From contig JBAZBD010000001.1 of NCBI GenBank assembly GCA_041671645.1, forward strand, positions 479,234-543,233: 64,000 nucleotides of DNA, in the 5' to 3' direction. The notes under the pieces were generated by a model that was not told where the DNA came from, ran no database searches, and worked only from the letters and a program-made list of their open reading frames with translations. Shown one piece after another: positions 35,376 through 43,968 of this stretch (positions within the stretch are counted from its first letter, which is position 1; every line of letters starts with the position of its first letter). The stretch comes from Patescibacteria group bacterium (GTDB taxonomy: Bacteria; Patescibacteriota; UBA1384; XYA2-FULL-43-10; 1-14-0-10-43-13). The position numbers were made by a program, and so were the translations under genes.

Positions 35376-36494
35376 ATGAGTTTCAAATTGATCAAAAAAT
35401 TAGACAACGGTGTTCGCGTTGGCGAGCTTACGACGCCTCATGGTGCTATCGAGACGCCCTTTTTCATGCCGGTTGGTACGGTAGGAAGCGTCAAATCTGT
35501 TTCGCCTTGGGAGCTAGAAACTCTTGGCGCGCAGATTGTGCTTTCCAATACTTATCATCTCTATCTTCGCCCAGGCGAGAAATTGGTCAAAGACCTCGGC
35601 GGACTTCACAAGTTCATGGGCTGGGACAAGCCAATTCTGACTGATTCGGGCGGATATCAGGTCTTTAGCTTGGCCAAGAACTCGGATTTGGTCAAAATTA
35701 CCGAGGACGGAGTAGAGTTCAAGTCTCATCTGGACGGCTCGAAGCATTTCTTCACCCCAGAGAAGGTGATTGATATCCAGCTCGATCTTGGTGTCGACAT
35801 ACTGATGCCGCTTGACGTTTGTCCTTCGGGCACGGCGAGCAAGGAAGAGATCGAAGAAGCGGTACGACTGACAATTGCTTGGGCCAAACGAGCCAAAGTA
35901 TATTTTGAATCAAAGGTCTCTGGCCTCCCATCTGGCAAGAGGCCGATGCTCCACGGAATCGTGCAAGGTGGGTTAGATAAAGATCTACGCAAATACTGCG
36001 CCGAGGAACTCATCAAATTAGATTTTGACGGATATTCTGTCGGCGGCCTGGCCGTTGATCTGGAAACTCGCGAGATGTGGGATACTGTTAAGCTGATGGG
36101 GGAGATACTACCGGAAAATAAACAGCGTTATCTTATGGGCGTCGGTACGCCAGATGATATCATCACCGCTACCAAGCTGGGCATGGACATGTTTGATTGT
36201 GTCTTGCCGACGCGACTGGCTCGCCATGGCGCGGTTTACGCGCCAGTCGAAAGTCGAAAGTCGAAAGTCGAAAATAAGAAATATGAACTCATGAATCTTT
36301 TGAATAACAAATTCAGAACCGATGGGGGAGTGATCGACGAAAATTGTGGCTGTGAAGGATGTAAGAGGGGACTGTCCCGTGCCTATATTTCCCACCTACT
36401 TCGCTCCAACGAAATTCTCGGCCTTCACCTAGCCAGCCTGCACAATCTCTGGCAGTACCTCGAACTCATGAGGAAATTGCGCAATAATGCCTAA
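35376..36494 (+). CDS. tgt: Queuine tRNA-ribosyltransferase (tRNA-guanine transglycosylase)
   Basis: PHGAIETPFFMPVGT, LTDSGGYQ, zinc site CGCEGC…H. Contains an in-frame (GTCGAAA)x4 repeat at 36246-36273. Confidence 0.95.
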   Translation: MSFKLIKKLDNGVRVGELTTPHGAIETPFFMPVGTVGSVKSVSPWELETLGAQIVLSNTYHLYLRPGEKLVKDLGGLHKFMGWDKPILTDSGGYQVFSLAKNSDLVKITEDGVEFKSHLDGSKHFFTPEKVIDIQLDLGVDILMPLDVCPSGTASKEEIEEAVRLTIAWAKRAKVYFESKVSGLPSGKRPMLHGIVQGGLDKDLRKYCAEELIKLDFDGYSVGGLAVDLETREMWDTVKLMGEILPENKQRYLMGVGTPDDIITATKLGMDMFDCVLPTRLARHGAVYAPVESRKSKVENKKYELMNLLNNKFRTDGGVIDENCGCEGCKRGLSRAYISHLLRSNEILGLHLASLHNLWQYLELMRKLRNNA

Positions 36495-36495
36495 A

Positions 36496-36548
36496 CCGGC
36501 GTGAGCGTGCGTGGAGAGGAGCGGCGTTTAATCACGCCGTTCTTTTCG
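36496..36548 (+). terminator. Rho-independent terminator after tgt
   Basis: CCGGCGTGA…TCACGCCG followed by TTCTTTTCG. Confidence 0.7.
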
Positions 36549-36605
36549 TGCATAGCGCTATATCTATAGTATGAGGCTGAGATTAAGCTGGCGTGAATCA
36601 CGCCC

Positions 36606-36634
36606 TTGACACACTATATATGGGATGCTATAAT
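36606..36634 (+). promoter_or_regulatory. Consensus sigma70 promoter P1 (TTGACA-17-TATAAT)
   Basis: Exact consensus hexamers with a 17-nt spacer. A perfect palindrome GGCGTGA-A-TCACGCC lies immediately upstream (36590-36604). Confidence 0.75.
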
Positions 36635-36640
36635 GCTTAG

Positions 36641-36830
36641 TTCTGAGGGTAGAGAAGAGCTCACCCCCAGAAGGAAAAAATTATACATCCTTTAGACTTT
36701 ACAGACTTTACGACTTCCGACTTCTCTTGCGGTAGCGTGCTGGTAGTAGCTCATGGGTACCCCCTCCACCTGTGAGACCACTATTATCAGCACAGTACCG
36801 CAAATCCAGCACGAATCACGAGTAAGGTGC
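36641..36830 (+). ncRNA. Candidate small RNA 1 (paralog A) with C-rich core CAUGGGUACCCCCUCCACCUGUG
   Basis: Downstream of P1, no ORF. Enclosing helices GCGGTA/TACCGC and GTGCTG/CAGCAC (36708-36792) present the core (36743-36765) in a loop. GACTT x4 period-8 repeat at 36694-36722. Confidence 0.5.
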
Positions 36831-36859
36831 TTGACAAAGTATTTACAACATGGTATAAT
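36831..36859 (+). promoter_or_regulatory. Consensus sigma70 promoter P2 (TTGACA-17-TATAAT)
   Basis: Exact consensus hexamers with a 17-nt spacer. Confidence 0.75.
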
Positions 36860-36865
36860 GTTCAC

Positions 36866-37110
36866 ATGACGATTGGAAATTGAATCGTCGCACCAAACAA
36901 TTTTCTTCACTTAAGTTTCTGCAATCAATCAACGCATACGAGGGTATGAGGGACGATAGATTGAAAGCATATACTACAAAAATGCAGCGGTAGTGTCCTG
37001 CATAATTCACTCTCTTGATTTATCAAGAGAACATGGGTACCCCCTCCACCCGTGTCGAGTTATGCAGAACAGTGCCGCTATTTTTAAACCGAAAGTTCGG
37101 TTTAAATAAT
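36866..37110 (+). ncRNA. Candidate small RNA 2 (paralog B) with C-rich core CAUGGGUACCCCCUCCACCCGUG
   Basis: Downstream of P2, no ORF of more than 15 codons. 5' hairpin GACGATTGG…CAATCGTC. Enclosing helix CTGCATAA/TTATGCAG (36997-37067) with inner 9-bp hairpin TCTCTTGAT-TT-ATCAAGAGA. Core at 37032-37054. 3' hairpin AAACCGAA-AG-TTCGGTTT at 37086-37103. Confidence 0.5.
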
Positions 37111-37296
37111 GGATTACAGATTTTCCAAATTACAGATTACGAATATCCTGAATCCTTAACAGCGACACAAATAGTACTTTAACAACTATATATAGACATT
37201 GTCTCAGCGAAGAGCTGCCAACTATTGGCATCTGCTTGCTGAGACAAAAAAACGAACCCAGCCCGATCCGAATAGGACGGAATTTACATAAGGAGA

Positions 37297-38271
37297 ATGG
37301 CTATGAAAAAGTTATTCACCATCACTTTGACCGCCCTTATCATGTTGGCGGCTGGACTATCACCTGTTTTCGGACAGGTTCCTGCGGACACAACCCCCGC
37401 AACAATCAATTCTATTCCCGTAGATGCAACGAAAATTGAACCTGTCGGAAACGGCAAGCTCAAAATTACGAAGAAAGATGGAGATATTGTTTATATCACC
37501 ATCAGCAATACGCAGAATAACATTTCACCGAAGGCCCAAGTGGCACCACCGGTAATCCAGAAAGTTTACATCACCAAGCGGACTCAGGTTCGCAAGGTGA
37601 GCAATTCTCGACCGGCAGCGAAAGCTCAGCCGAAACCGCAAAGGCAGGCGCTCGTTGCGCCAGAGAAAAAGGAGAAGAATATGGAAAATGTAGCTGTAAC
37701 AGCAATCGTCCTCCCTTGGTGGGGTTGGATAATCGTAGGGATCGCAATTTTCGCAATACTGCGACCACGCGAGTTCAGGACTGCCGTCCGAGCGCTGACC
37801 AATGTAAACCACTTGATCGATGACCGAATTTCGGTCCATCGCCAGGGGTTCGGGTCGCTTACGACTCACACCACTGCGGATTCGGAGACTCGAATTTATG
37901 ATCCCATCGAAAAAACTGAGCTTGAGTGCGAAGCACTCCAAGTGAAGTACGAGAGTCGGGCGCGCATTGTGGAGGCGAAAGCCGATGCAGACATCGCGCG
38001 GAGCTTGCTCCGAGCGAAGATGCTTAAGTCGCTCGAAAGCGACGACACCACTCCTGCACCGCGCCGGCTCGTGCCGGACACTCACAGCGACGAAGAAATG
38101 CGAAGGGCGCGCCGTGAAAAGCGTGCACACGATCGCGAGGAAGCGGAGAAAAAGATCATTGCTGACGAAAAGGCGGCAGAGGATGCCAGGAAGGCAACCG
38201 AAGCCGCTAAGTTAGCGGCAAAGAACAAAAACAAAGGGAACCAGCCACCAGCTGGAGCACAAGTAACTTAA
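37297..38271 (+). CDS. Secreted/membrane protein with charged coiled-coil C-terminus (GC-rich gene)
   Basis: Signal peptide MAMKKLFTITLTALIMLAAGLSPVFGQ. Internal TM WWGWIIVGIAIFAIL. C-terminal RRAR/EEAEKK charged region. AAGGAGA RBS. GC elevated, which generates the spurious antisense ORF 37525..38130. Confidence 0.6.
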   Translation: MAMKKLFTITLTALIMLAAGLSPVFGQVPADTTPATINSIPVDATKIEPVGNGKLKITKKDGDIVYITISNTQNNISPKAQVAPPVIQKVYITKRTQVRKVSNSRPAAKAQPKPQRQALVAPEKKEKNMENVAVTAIVLPWWGWIIVGIAIFAILRPREFRTAVRALTNVNHLIDDRISVHRQGFGSLTTHTTADSETRIYDPIEKTELECEALQVKYESRARIVEAKADADIARSLLRAKMLKSLESDDTTPAPRRLVPDTHSDEEMRRARREKRAHDREEAEKKIIADEKAAEDARKATEAAKLAAKNKNKGNQPPAGAQVT

Positions 38272-38399
38272 GTAGAGGGGAATCGGCCGACATCACTTGA
38301 TGCCGGCCTTTTCCATACCCAAAAAATTGTATATAATATAAACTAGGTTATAATATATTTATATCAAATATAATCTTTTGAGCTAACGGAGGGAGTCCA

Positions 38400-38780
38400 A
38401 TGGTCAATATTGCTGAAGATCAGCAGGTAAAAGATATCATAGAGAAGGATATTTTTGTTTTGCTAAAAGCAGAAAATCTTTCTGACGAGCAAAAAGCTAT
38501 CCTCATGGCGAAGCTTACGGATGAGGCAAATCTACGGATCCTGATCCATGTTGATGAAATGCTTGCCGACTCTGCCAAGACAGAGTTCAAGCGAATAGTG
38601 AGCGAAGGCGATAGCGAAATGTTATCCGCCTTTTTTGTTGCCAACAATATCGATATTGCGATGATATTTGCTGACATTGCTCTGCAACTGAAAGCGGAAG
38701 TGGTAGCATACAACAATTACCTGACAACTTCTGCCAAAGTTTTGGCTACCTCTGCAAAGCAAGTTAAGGGAGACAAATAA
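38400..38780 (+). CDS. Hypothetical protein (126 aa)
   Basis: ACGGAGGGAG RBS. Stop overlaps the start of the giant gene. Confidence 0.55.
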   Translation: MVNIAEDQQVKDIIEKDIFVLLKAENLSDEQKAILMAKLTDEANLRILIHVDEMLADSAKTEFKRIVSEGDSEMLSAFFVANNIDIAMIFADIALQLKAEVVAYNNYLTTSAKVLATSAKQVKGDK

Positions 38781-38781
38781 T

Positions 38782-41700
38782 ATGCCAGGGCCAGAAGGCA
38801 TTCCTTTAGACGATCTGGGTTTAGATCTTGGTGATCCGATGCATCTACCTGGCGATGTTGATTTTGTTGATGACAAGCCTATCAGTGTTGACAGGTCTGA
38901 CCTTCGTCTGGAGGCAACTATGGCGAAGGCTGCCCTTCACGCTAAGACAGAGAAGGGCAAACGCGAGACCAGTGAAGCCAAGAGGAAAGAAGAGGTATTC
39001 AAGACTATATTTGGTACGATCGAAAATATCGGTATATTTAGGGACGCAGATAAGGATCGACGGGCACAAAGCTACGGAAAGTCCTGGATTGGAGATTTCA
39101 ACAGGTCGCTGGCAGGTGTTAAGACCAAGAATTCAGAGGGTATTTATACTGGCCAGACAGTTGGACAGGAAATTGAAACTAAGGCCAAGAAAATCGCACT
39201 CAAGACTGTTGTTACGATAGCAATCGGTGCAGGAATCGCATCGATATTTGGTGGCGTTAGCATCCCTATTATATTGGTGGGTGCTGCTGGCGGGGCAATT
39301 GTCAGAGGGGTGAACGAAGCTCGCCGGATTTGGAATGGCAAAGAGCGAAATATGAGGGGTGAGATAGAGGCCGCCAATGAAGCAGTTATCCAGGAGATCG
39401 ATAAACTAATTGGTGACGCCGCTCTCAAGTATATGGAGCTCGAAGAGGCGCATCTTGGCGAGGAAGGATATCAACCAGACGCTGACCCAGAATTTCAAGC
39501 AATATTATATAGAGCAATTGATTTGGCTCATGATGATACGAAGCGAAAGGTGAAGGTCGTAAAAGTTCCGATTGGCCCTGATATGACCAAGACGAGGAAG
39601 GAGTATGTAGTAGTTGACCCAAGCGAAGAGCCTCCGGCGGCTGCCGAGACAGCGGCTCCTGCGGCCGATGGGACTACTCCGGCTCCTGAAGCAGCCAAAG
39701 ATCCAAAGGTATTTACGGTCGCCGAGAAGGAAGCAGAGCTTCGTAAACTTGAGAAGAAAAATGAATCTATATCCGATTGGTGTGCTACGATTGGTAGCCT
39801 TGGCACATCTATAGTGGCCAAGGTCTTCGCCGGTGCGAAGATGGCAGAGACTGCGGCAAGCCAGGGTGCCAACGCGATTGAAGCACAGCTGAGGGCGGGC
39901 GAGCAAGTTGCGAATATTGATCTAAACGGCGACAACATAAAACATACGATTGAATTGGCACGAGATCAGGCAACTCAAAAGATTACCGATACAGTGATAT
40001 TCCTCAAGGAAGCAGGCAAGGATCTGATGGGCGCAGCCAAGGATGCTCCGAATTACAATCCTTGGGTCAATGACATAATCAATAAGGCTGGCGAGCACTG
40101 GCATACTGTCAGCGAAGCCGCCAATGATCTTACCCAAGTCATAGACATCATCAAGCACAATTTAATCAGTGCCGAATTGCACAAGCAGCTCGTGACTGTT
40201 TGGGCAACTGGTGCTGCAGGACTATTGGCAACTCTTGGTAATAGCTGGGGTAGGGAAGCGACTCAAAACCTAGAAAAAGCCCAAGAAGAGCAATCAGTCG
40301 AACATGGTCAGGTTGTTGCAGGGATGAAGAAAATTCTGCCCAAGCCGATTCCGGAAACTTCTGTCGAGCCAGTGATCGAGACTCCTCCTGAGGAGATTAT
40401 TACTCCTGCAGAAAAACTGAAGCTTGCTGAGGCGGCTGGCCTCGTCTTCACTGTGACAGCGGAGTATTATTTCGAGAGAGATGGCAAAGGCTTCGATCTT
40501 GATAAGGGTGATCGTGCCGTCATATTGGATGAGGATGATTTGGGCACATGCAAAATTGCTTTTTATAGCGCCGATGGAGAAGAGAAATTTCCAGAGAAAA
40601 CATTCATTTTTGACGCGGAAGAAGCAGATCTTATTTTTGGTGCTGGCTGGTCTGAAGAGAGAAGAGCGGAAAGAGAGTCTTCTGATGATGACGGAGATCC
40701 AGATGCCCACGTCGACCAAGATGAAACTGATCAGTCAGAGATGGACAAGACTGACGCAGAATTTGCCACGGAGATGCATGAAAAATACAAAAACACAGAG
40801 TTAGAACTGACTCTCGATGAAGATGGCAAAGTTACCAAAATCGGCAAGGATAATTGGCCCAAGAATAGAGAGAACAGCGGAGTCTGTGAGAACGCGAATA
40901 CTCCAAACGGCCGATATAAAGTCAAGATTTCAAATATTGAGTCTGTCAAAGATAGTATTAATGTGAAGTTTGATCTGAAAGAGCAAGAGCTGGGAGCCGG
41001 ATTCGAGGGCTATACCCACGCTGGATTCCTTAAGTCTGATATGTCAGATGGTATTCCTCAAACGATAATCTTCGGGGCTAGCGCAAACGTACGTGAGATT
41101 GTATTGCTCGACAAAGGTGGCAAGAAGTGGAAGGTACAATCTGCCGTTGGCGATGATAAGCTCGCCATCGTCGACTGTAACCCTGACGGAACACTAGGGG
41201 ACAAGAAGCACAACCCGACCGTGAGCCAAATCAAAGAAGTTTTCATTGAGTGGTATCACAAAGAAAAACCTACGGTCAAGCCTCCTGAGAAGAAAAAACC
41301 AGAGGCTTTGCCCACGGAATTCACTGATAAGTTTACCGAGAGCGGCAAGATAGATTCTGATGCGTTTATAGACGCTATCGAAGCAGACTATTTCGATAGA
41401 AATATTAATGGCGGGAATGGTGGCCGTGTAGTAGTGGATTATGGTGGCGGCGTCGCATCGTTATTCCAGAAAATTGGGGAGGATCAATATGAAGTTTATG
41501 ATTTCGACCTTGAGAAATCAGATATAATCGCAGGTCAGTCGCCCAAGCCTCGCAATAGGGGTGATATCGAAGTAAATCAGAGTAACAAAGTCGGGAAGTT
41601 ATGGCTCGAGAAGAGCTATTTCGGCACCGACTCGTTCAAGAAGAATTGGGCTACTGAGAAGACACTTAACGAATTAGATGTAAACAGCGTGGTTCATTTG

Positions 41701-43968
41701 AGTGACAATATTACGGCCACTGTCCCGAAAGAGCCGGGCGCACCAAGCGTTGGTATGGCTGGTTTGTCATTTAAAATATCGATGGTTGAACGTCAGACAG
41801 GCACTCTTGACCAATTTACATGCGAAATTGTTGGCAATCCCGACAAAGTGGACAAAGCATTCGAAGGGTATGTTTTTCTGGGCGGTATCTTGGACGTTAA
41901 AGCTACAATCAACAGAAAAGTCATGAAGAGAATTTTGGAAGGTGATTCTCTCTCGTTTCCCCTAAAACTCGAGAAGAAGAAAGAAACGGTTCCTGCCGCC
42001 GATGTAGAGAAGAGATTAGCCGAGCTACAAGTTGGCGAAGAATTACCCATTGGCGATTCTATGAAGATTGAAGTGGAAGATGGCCCGACTGTCTTTCTCA
42101 AGGGACTGAAATACAAGATTACGAAATTGCCTTTTTTCGATGGTCGCGATCGTGATCAATTTTCTGGTCATATGGTGAGCGAGAATCCCGAGAATCTTGA
42201 GAAAATAAATAGTGAATTTTCGGAATATGAATTTTCGGCGATTGAGAATATTTCGTTCGGGATAACCATACCAGGGATAAAGAAAAGTCTTGCCGGCAAA
42301 GAAGTAATTTTCAGCTATACAAAAGATGAAGTAAAGAAGAAGGTTGAGAAGCCAGCGACCAAGGATGAAGAGACTGATCCAAACGCAAAAGAAGCGAAGG
42401 AGAAAATCAATCAAATCCTGGAGCTATCGACCAAGCTGGGTGCTCTCAAAACGAAAGTTGCCAAGCAAATAGAGGCATCAGTGGATAGGCTTACTAAATT
42501 AAATGCCAATCCCGATCGCATCAAGTCCTTGGAGATCATCGGACGAAAATTAGACCGTGTGGATCCAACGAAAATTGATGAGAAAATGACAAAGGCGGTG
42601 AAAGCCAGCCGTAAAAAAATTGATGAATACAAAGCTTTTCCGGAAGGCTTAATTGATTCTTACAAAGTTAAAGAGATACAGTCTGTCCGCTCCAAGTACT
42701 TTGAATCGCTTGACGAATTTGTTGGCATATATAATGACTTTTTGGGATCGCTTGAGCATGCTGATACCGACGAAGAAAAGGCCGAATTTATTTCACTCTC
42801 TAGTGAACTGAAGGCCGAGATTGAGAAGCTTGGGCTTGTCAGTGTCGAAGCCAAGACGGGGGACAAATGTGATTATTCAACAATGGAGGCCTCAGAAGGA
42901 TCCGAGACGGGTGACGAGAAATACAAAGGTAAGGAGATTGTCGAGCGCGTGATTAAGCAAGGGTTTATCTTCGACGGCAGTCTTCAGCTTCACGATGGTA
43001 AGCTAGGCGATGTTGCAAAAGCAGCACAAGTTACTGTCTACAAATATGTTGAGGGGGGAGAGACTCCGCCTGTGCTCGAAAATAAAGCAGTGATTCCAAT
43101 CGAGAAGTTGCAAGAGAATGTGCCTGCAGGTTTTCGGTTGTATGGCCGTGCAGAATTTTATCAGGATGATATAGCTGAAGCGCTGGATTCCGTTGATTCT
43201 GAAGCAGATGAACCTGTTCCGACTCTGAAAGCAAAGCCGTTGCTCTACGGCGATGGCGACAAATTCTGGATTATTATACCTGAAGACGGCAAATTCAATC
43301 GATATTCGCTGGATAAGGATTTCAATATTGTTGGAGAGGCTGAAATATTAACCGTTGACAATTTCAAGCCCAAGAAAGAAATCGTTGCGTTATACAGGGA
43401 TAAATTGACTTCCGAGAAAGCTGATGAGGATATCCGGGAACTGGTCGAAGGTAGCGTGGTCCCCCTGGGCTACAATGTTCGCGTTGAAGTAGGGGGCGGC
43501 AAATATTGGACTTTTTCGCCGTCATTCTCTGTCCGTGTGACTCAGATTGTGCCGAATTCGAACGAATCCACACCAGCTGGCCCCATTGAATTCTATAATA
43601 CTGAAATCATGCTTGTGAACGAAGTTCAAGAAGAGATGGCGGAATTTGATGAAGAAGCAAATATATATGTCAATAAATATGGTAATAATGTAAGACTTCG
43701 CTTTAGCCCTGAGCAGATGAGAGACGTCTTGATTGGCAATAATGTAACGCTAACAGAAGACAACGTTATCAAGGGCACTCCTGTGGCAGAAGAAATTTCC
43801 AAAGAAGCCGCCGATAACTCTGATATCAAGGAATTGGCCGAAGTTGCCAATGACCAGAACGACGCATACGCGAACCAGAGGAAGAAGAAAAAGAAAAATG
43901 ATACTAAACCGCCAGGGCTGGAAGACAAATCAAAGAGTGCAGAGAATGATTTGGGGCTAAATGGATAA
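38782..43968 (+). CDS. Giant acidic protein (1728 aa) with one hydrophobic segment near aa 140-175; unknown function
   Basis: Uninterrupted 5.2-kb ORF. The only hydrophobic stretch is IALKTVVTIAIGAGIASIFGGVSIPIILVGAAGGAIV. Strongly D/E/K-rich. No catalytic motif recognised. Confidence 0.7.
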   Translation: MPGPEGIPLDDLGLDLGDPMHLPGDVDFVDDKPISVDRSDLRLEATMAKAALHAKTEKGKRETSEAKRKEEVFKTIFGTIENIGIFRDADKDRRAQSYGKSWIGDFNRSLAGVKTKNSEGIYTGQTVGQEIETKAKKIALKTVVTIAIGAGIASIFGGVSIPIILVGAAGGAIVRGVNEARRIWNGKERNMRGEIEAANEAVIQEIDKLIGDAALKYMELEEAHLGEEGYQPDADPEFQAILYRAIDLAHDDTKRKVKVVKVPIGPDMTKTRKEYVVVDPSEEPPAAAETAAPAADGTTPAPEAAKDPKVFTVAEKEAELRKLEKKNESISDWCATIGSLGTSIVAKVFAGAKMAETAASQGANAIEAQLRAGEQVANIDLNGDNIKHTIELARDQATQKITDTVIFLKEAGKDLMGAAKDAPNYNPWVNDIINKAGEHWHTVSEAANDLTQVIDIIKHNLISAELHKQLVTVWATGAAGLLATLGNSWGREATQNLEKAQEEQSVEHGQVVAGMKKILPKPIPETSVEPVIETPPEEIITPAEKLKLAEAAGLVFTVTAEYYFERDGKGFDLDKGDRAVILDEDDLGTCKIAFYSADGEEKFPEKTFIFDAEEADLIFGAGWSEERRAERESSDDDGDPDAHVDQDETDQSEMDKTDAEFATEMHEKYKNTELELTLDEDGKVTKIGKDNWPKNRENSGVCENANTPNGRYKVKISNIESVKDSINVKFDLKEQELGAGFEGYTHAGFLKSDMSDGIPQTIIFGASANVREIVLLDKGGKKWKVQSAVGDDKLAIVDCNPDGTLGDKKHNPTVSQIKEVFIEWYHKEKPTVKPPEKKKPEALPTEFTDKFTESGKIDSDAFIDAIEADYFDRNINGGNGGRVVVDYGGGVASLFQKIGEDQYEVYDFDLEKSDIIAGQSPKPRNRGDIEVNQSNKVGKLWLEKSYFGTDSFKKNWATEKTLNELDVNSVVHLSDNITATVPKEPGAPSVGMAGLSFKISMVERQTGTLDQFTCEIVGNPDKVDKAFEGYVFLGGILDVKATINRKVMKRILEGDSLSFPLKLEKKKETVPAADVEKRLAELQVGEELPIGDSMKIEVEDGPTVFLKGLKYKITKLPFFDGRDRDQFSGHMVSENPENLEKINSEFSEYEFSAIENISFGITIPGIKKSLAGKEVIFSYTKDEVKKKVEKPATKDEETDPNAKEAKEKINQILELSTKLGALKTKVAKQIEASVDRLTKLNANPDRIKSLEIIGRKLDRVDPTKIDEKMTKAVKASRKKIDEYKAFPEGLIDSYKVKEIQSVRSKYFESLDEFVGIYNDFLGSLEHADTDEEKAEFISLSSELKAEIEKLGLVSVEAKTGDKCDYSTMEASEGSETGDEKYKGKEIVERVIKQGFIFDGSLQLHDGKLGDVAKAAQVTVYKYVEGGETPPVLENKAVIPIEKLQENVPAGFRLYGRAEFYQDDIAEALDSVDSEADEPVPTLKAKPLLYGDGDKFWIIIPEDGKFNRYSLDKDFNIVGEAEILTVDNFKPKKEIVALYRDKLTSEKADEDIRELVEGSVVPLGYNVRVEVGGGKYWTFSPSFSVRVTQIVPNSNESTPAGPIEFYNTEIMLVNEVQEEMAEFDEEANIYVNKYGNNVRLRFSPEQMRDVLIGNNVTLTEDNVIKGTPVAEEISKEAADNSDIKELAEVANDQNDAYANQRKKKKKNDTKPPGLEDKSKSAENDLGLNG

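Noticed and set aside
37525-38130. 201-aa minus-strand ORF antisense to gene 37297..38271
   Set aside because: It lies entirely inside a plus-strand gene that has a signal peptide, RBS and TM segments. It is a product of locally high GC (few stop codons) and has no RBS or motif.
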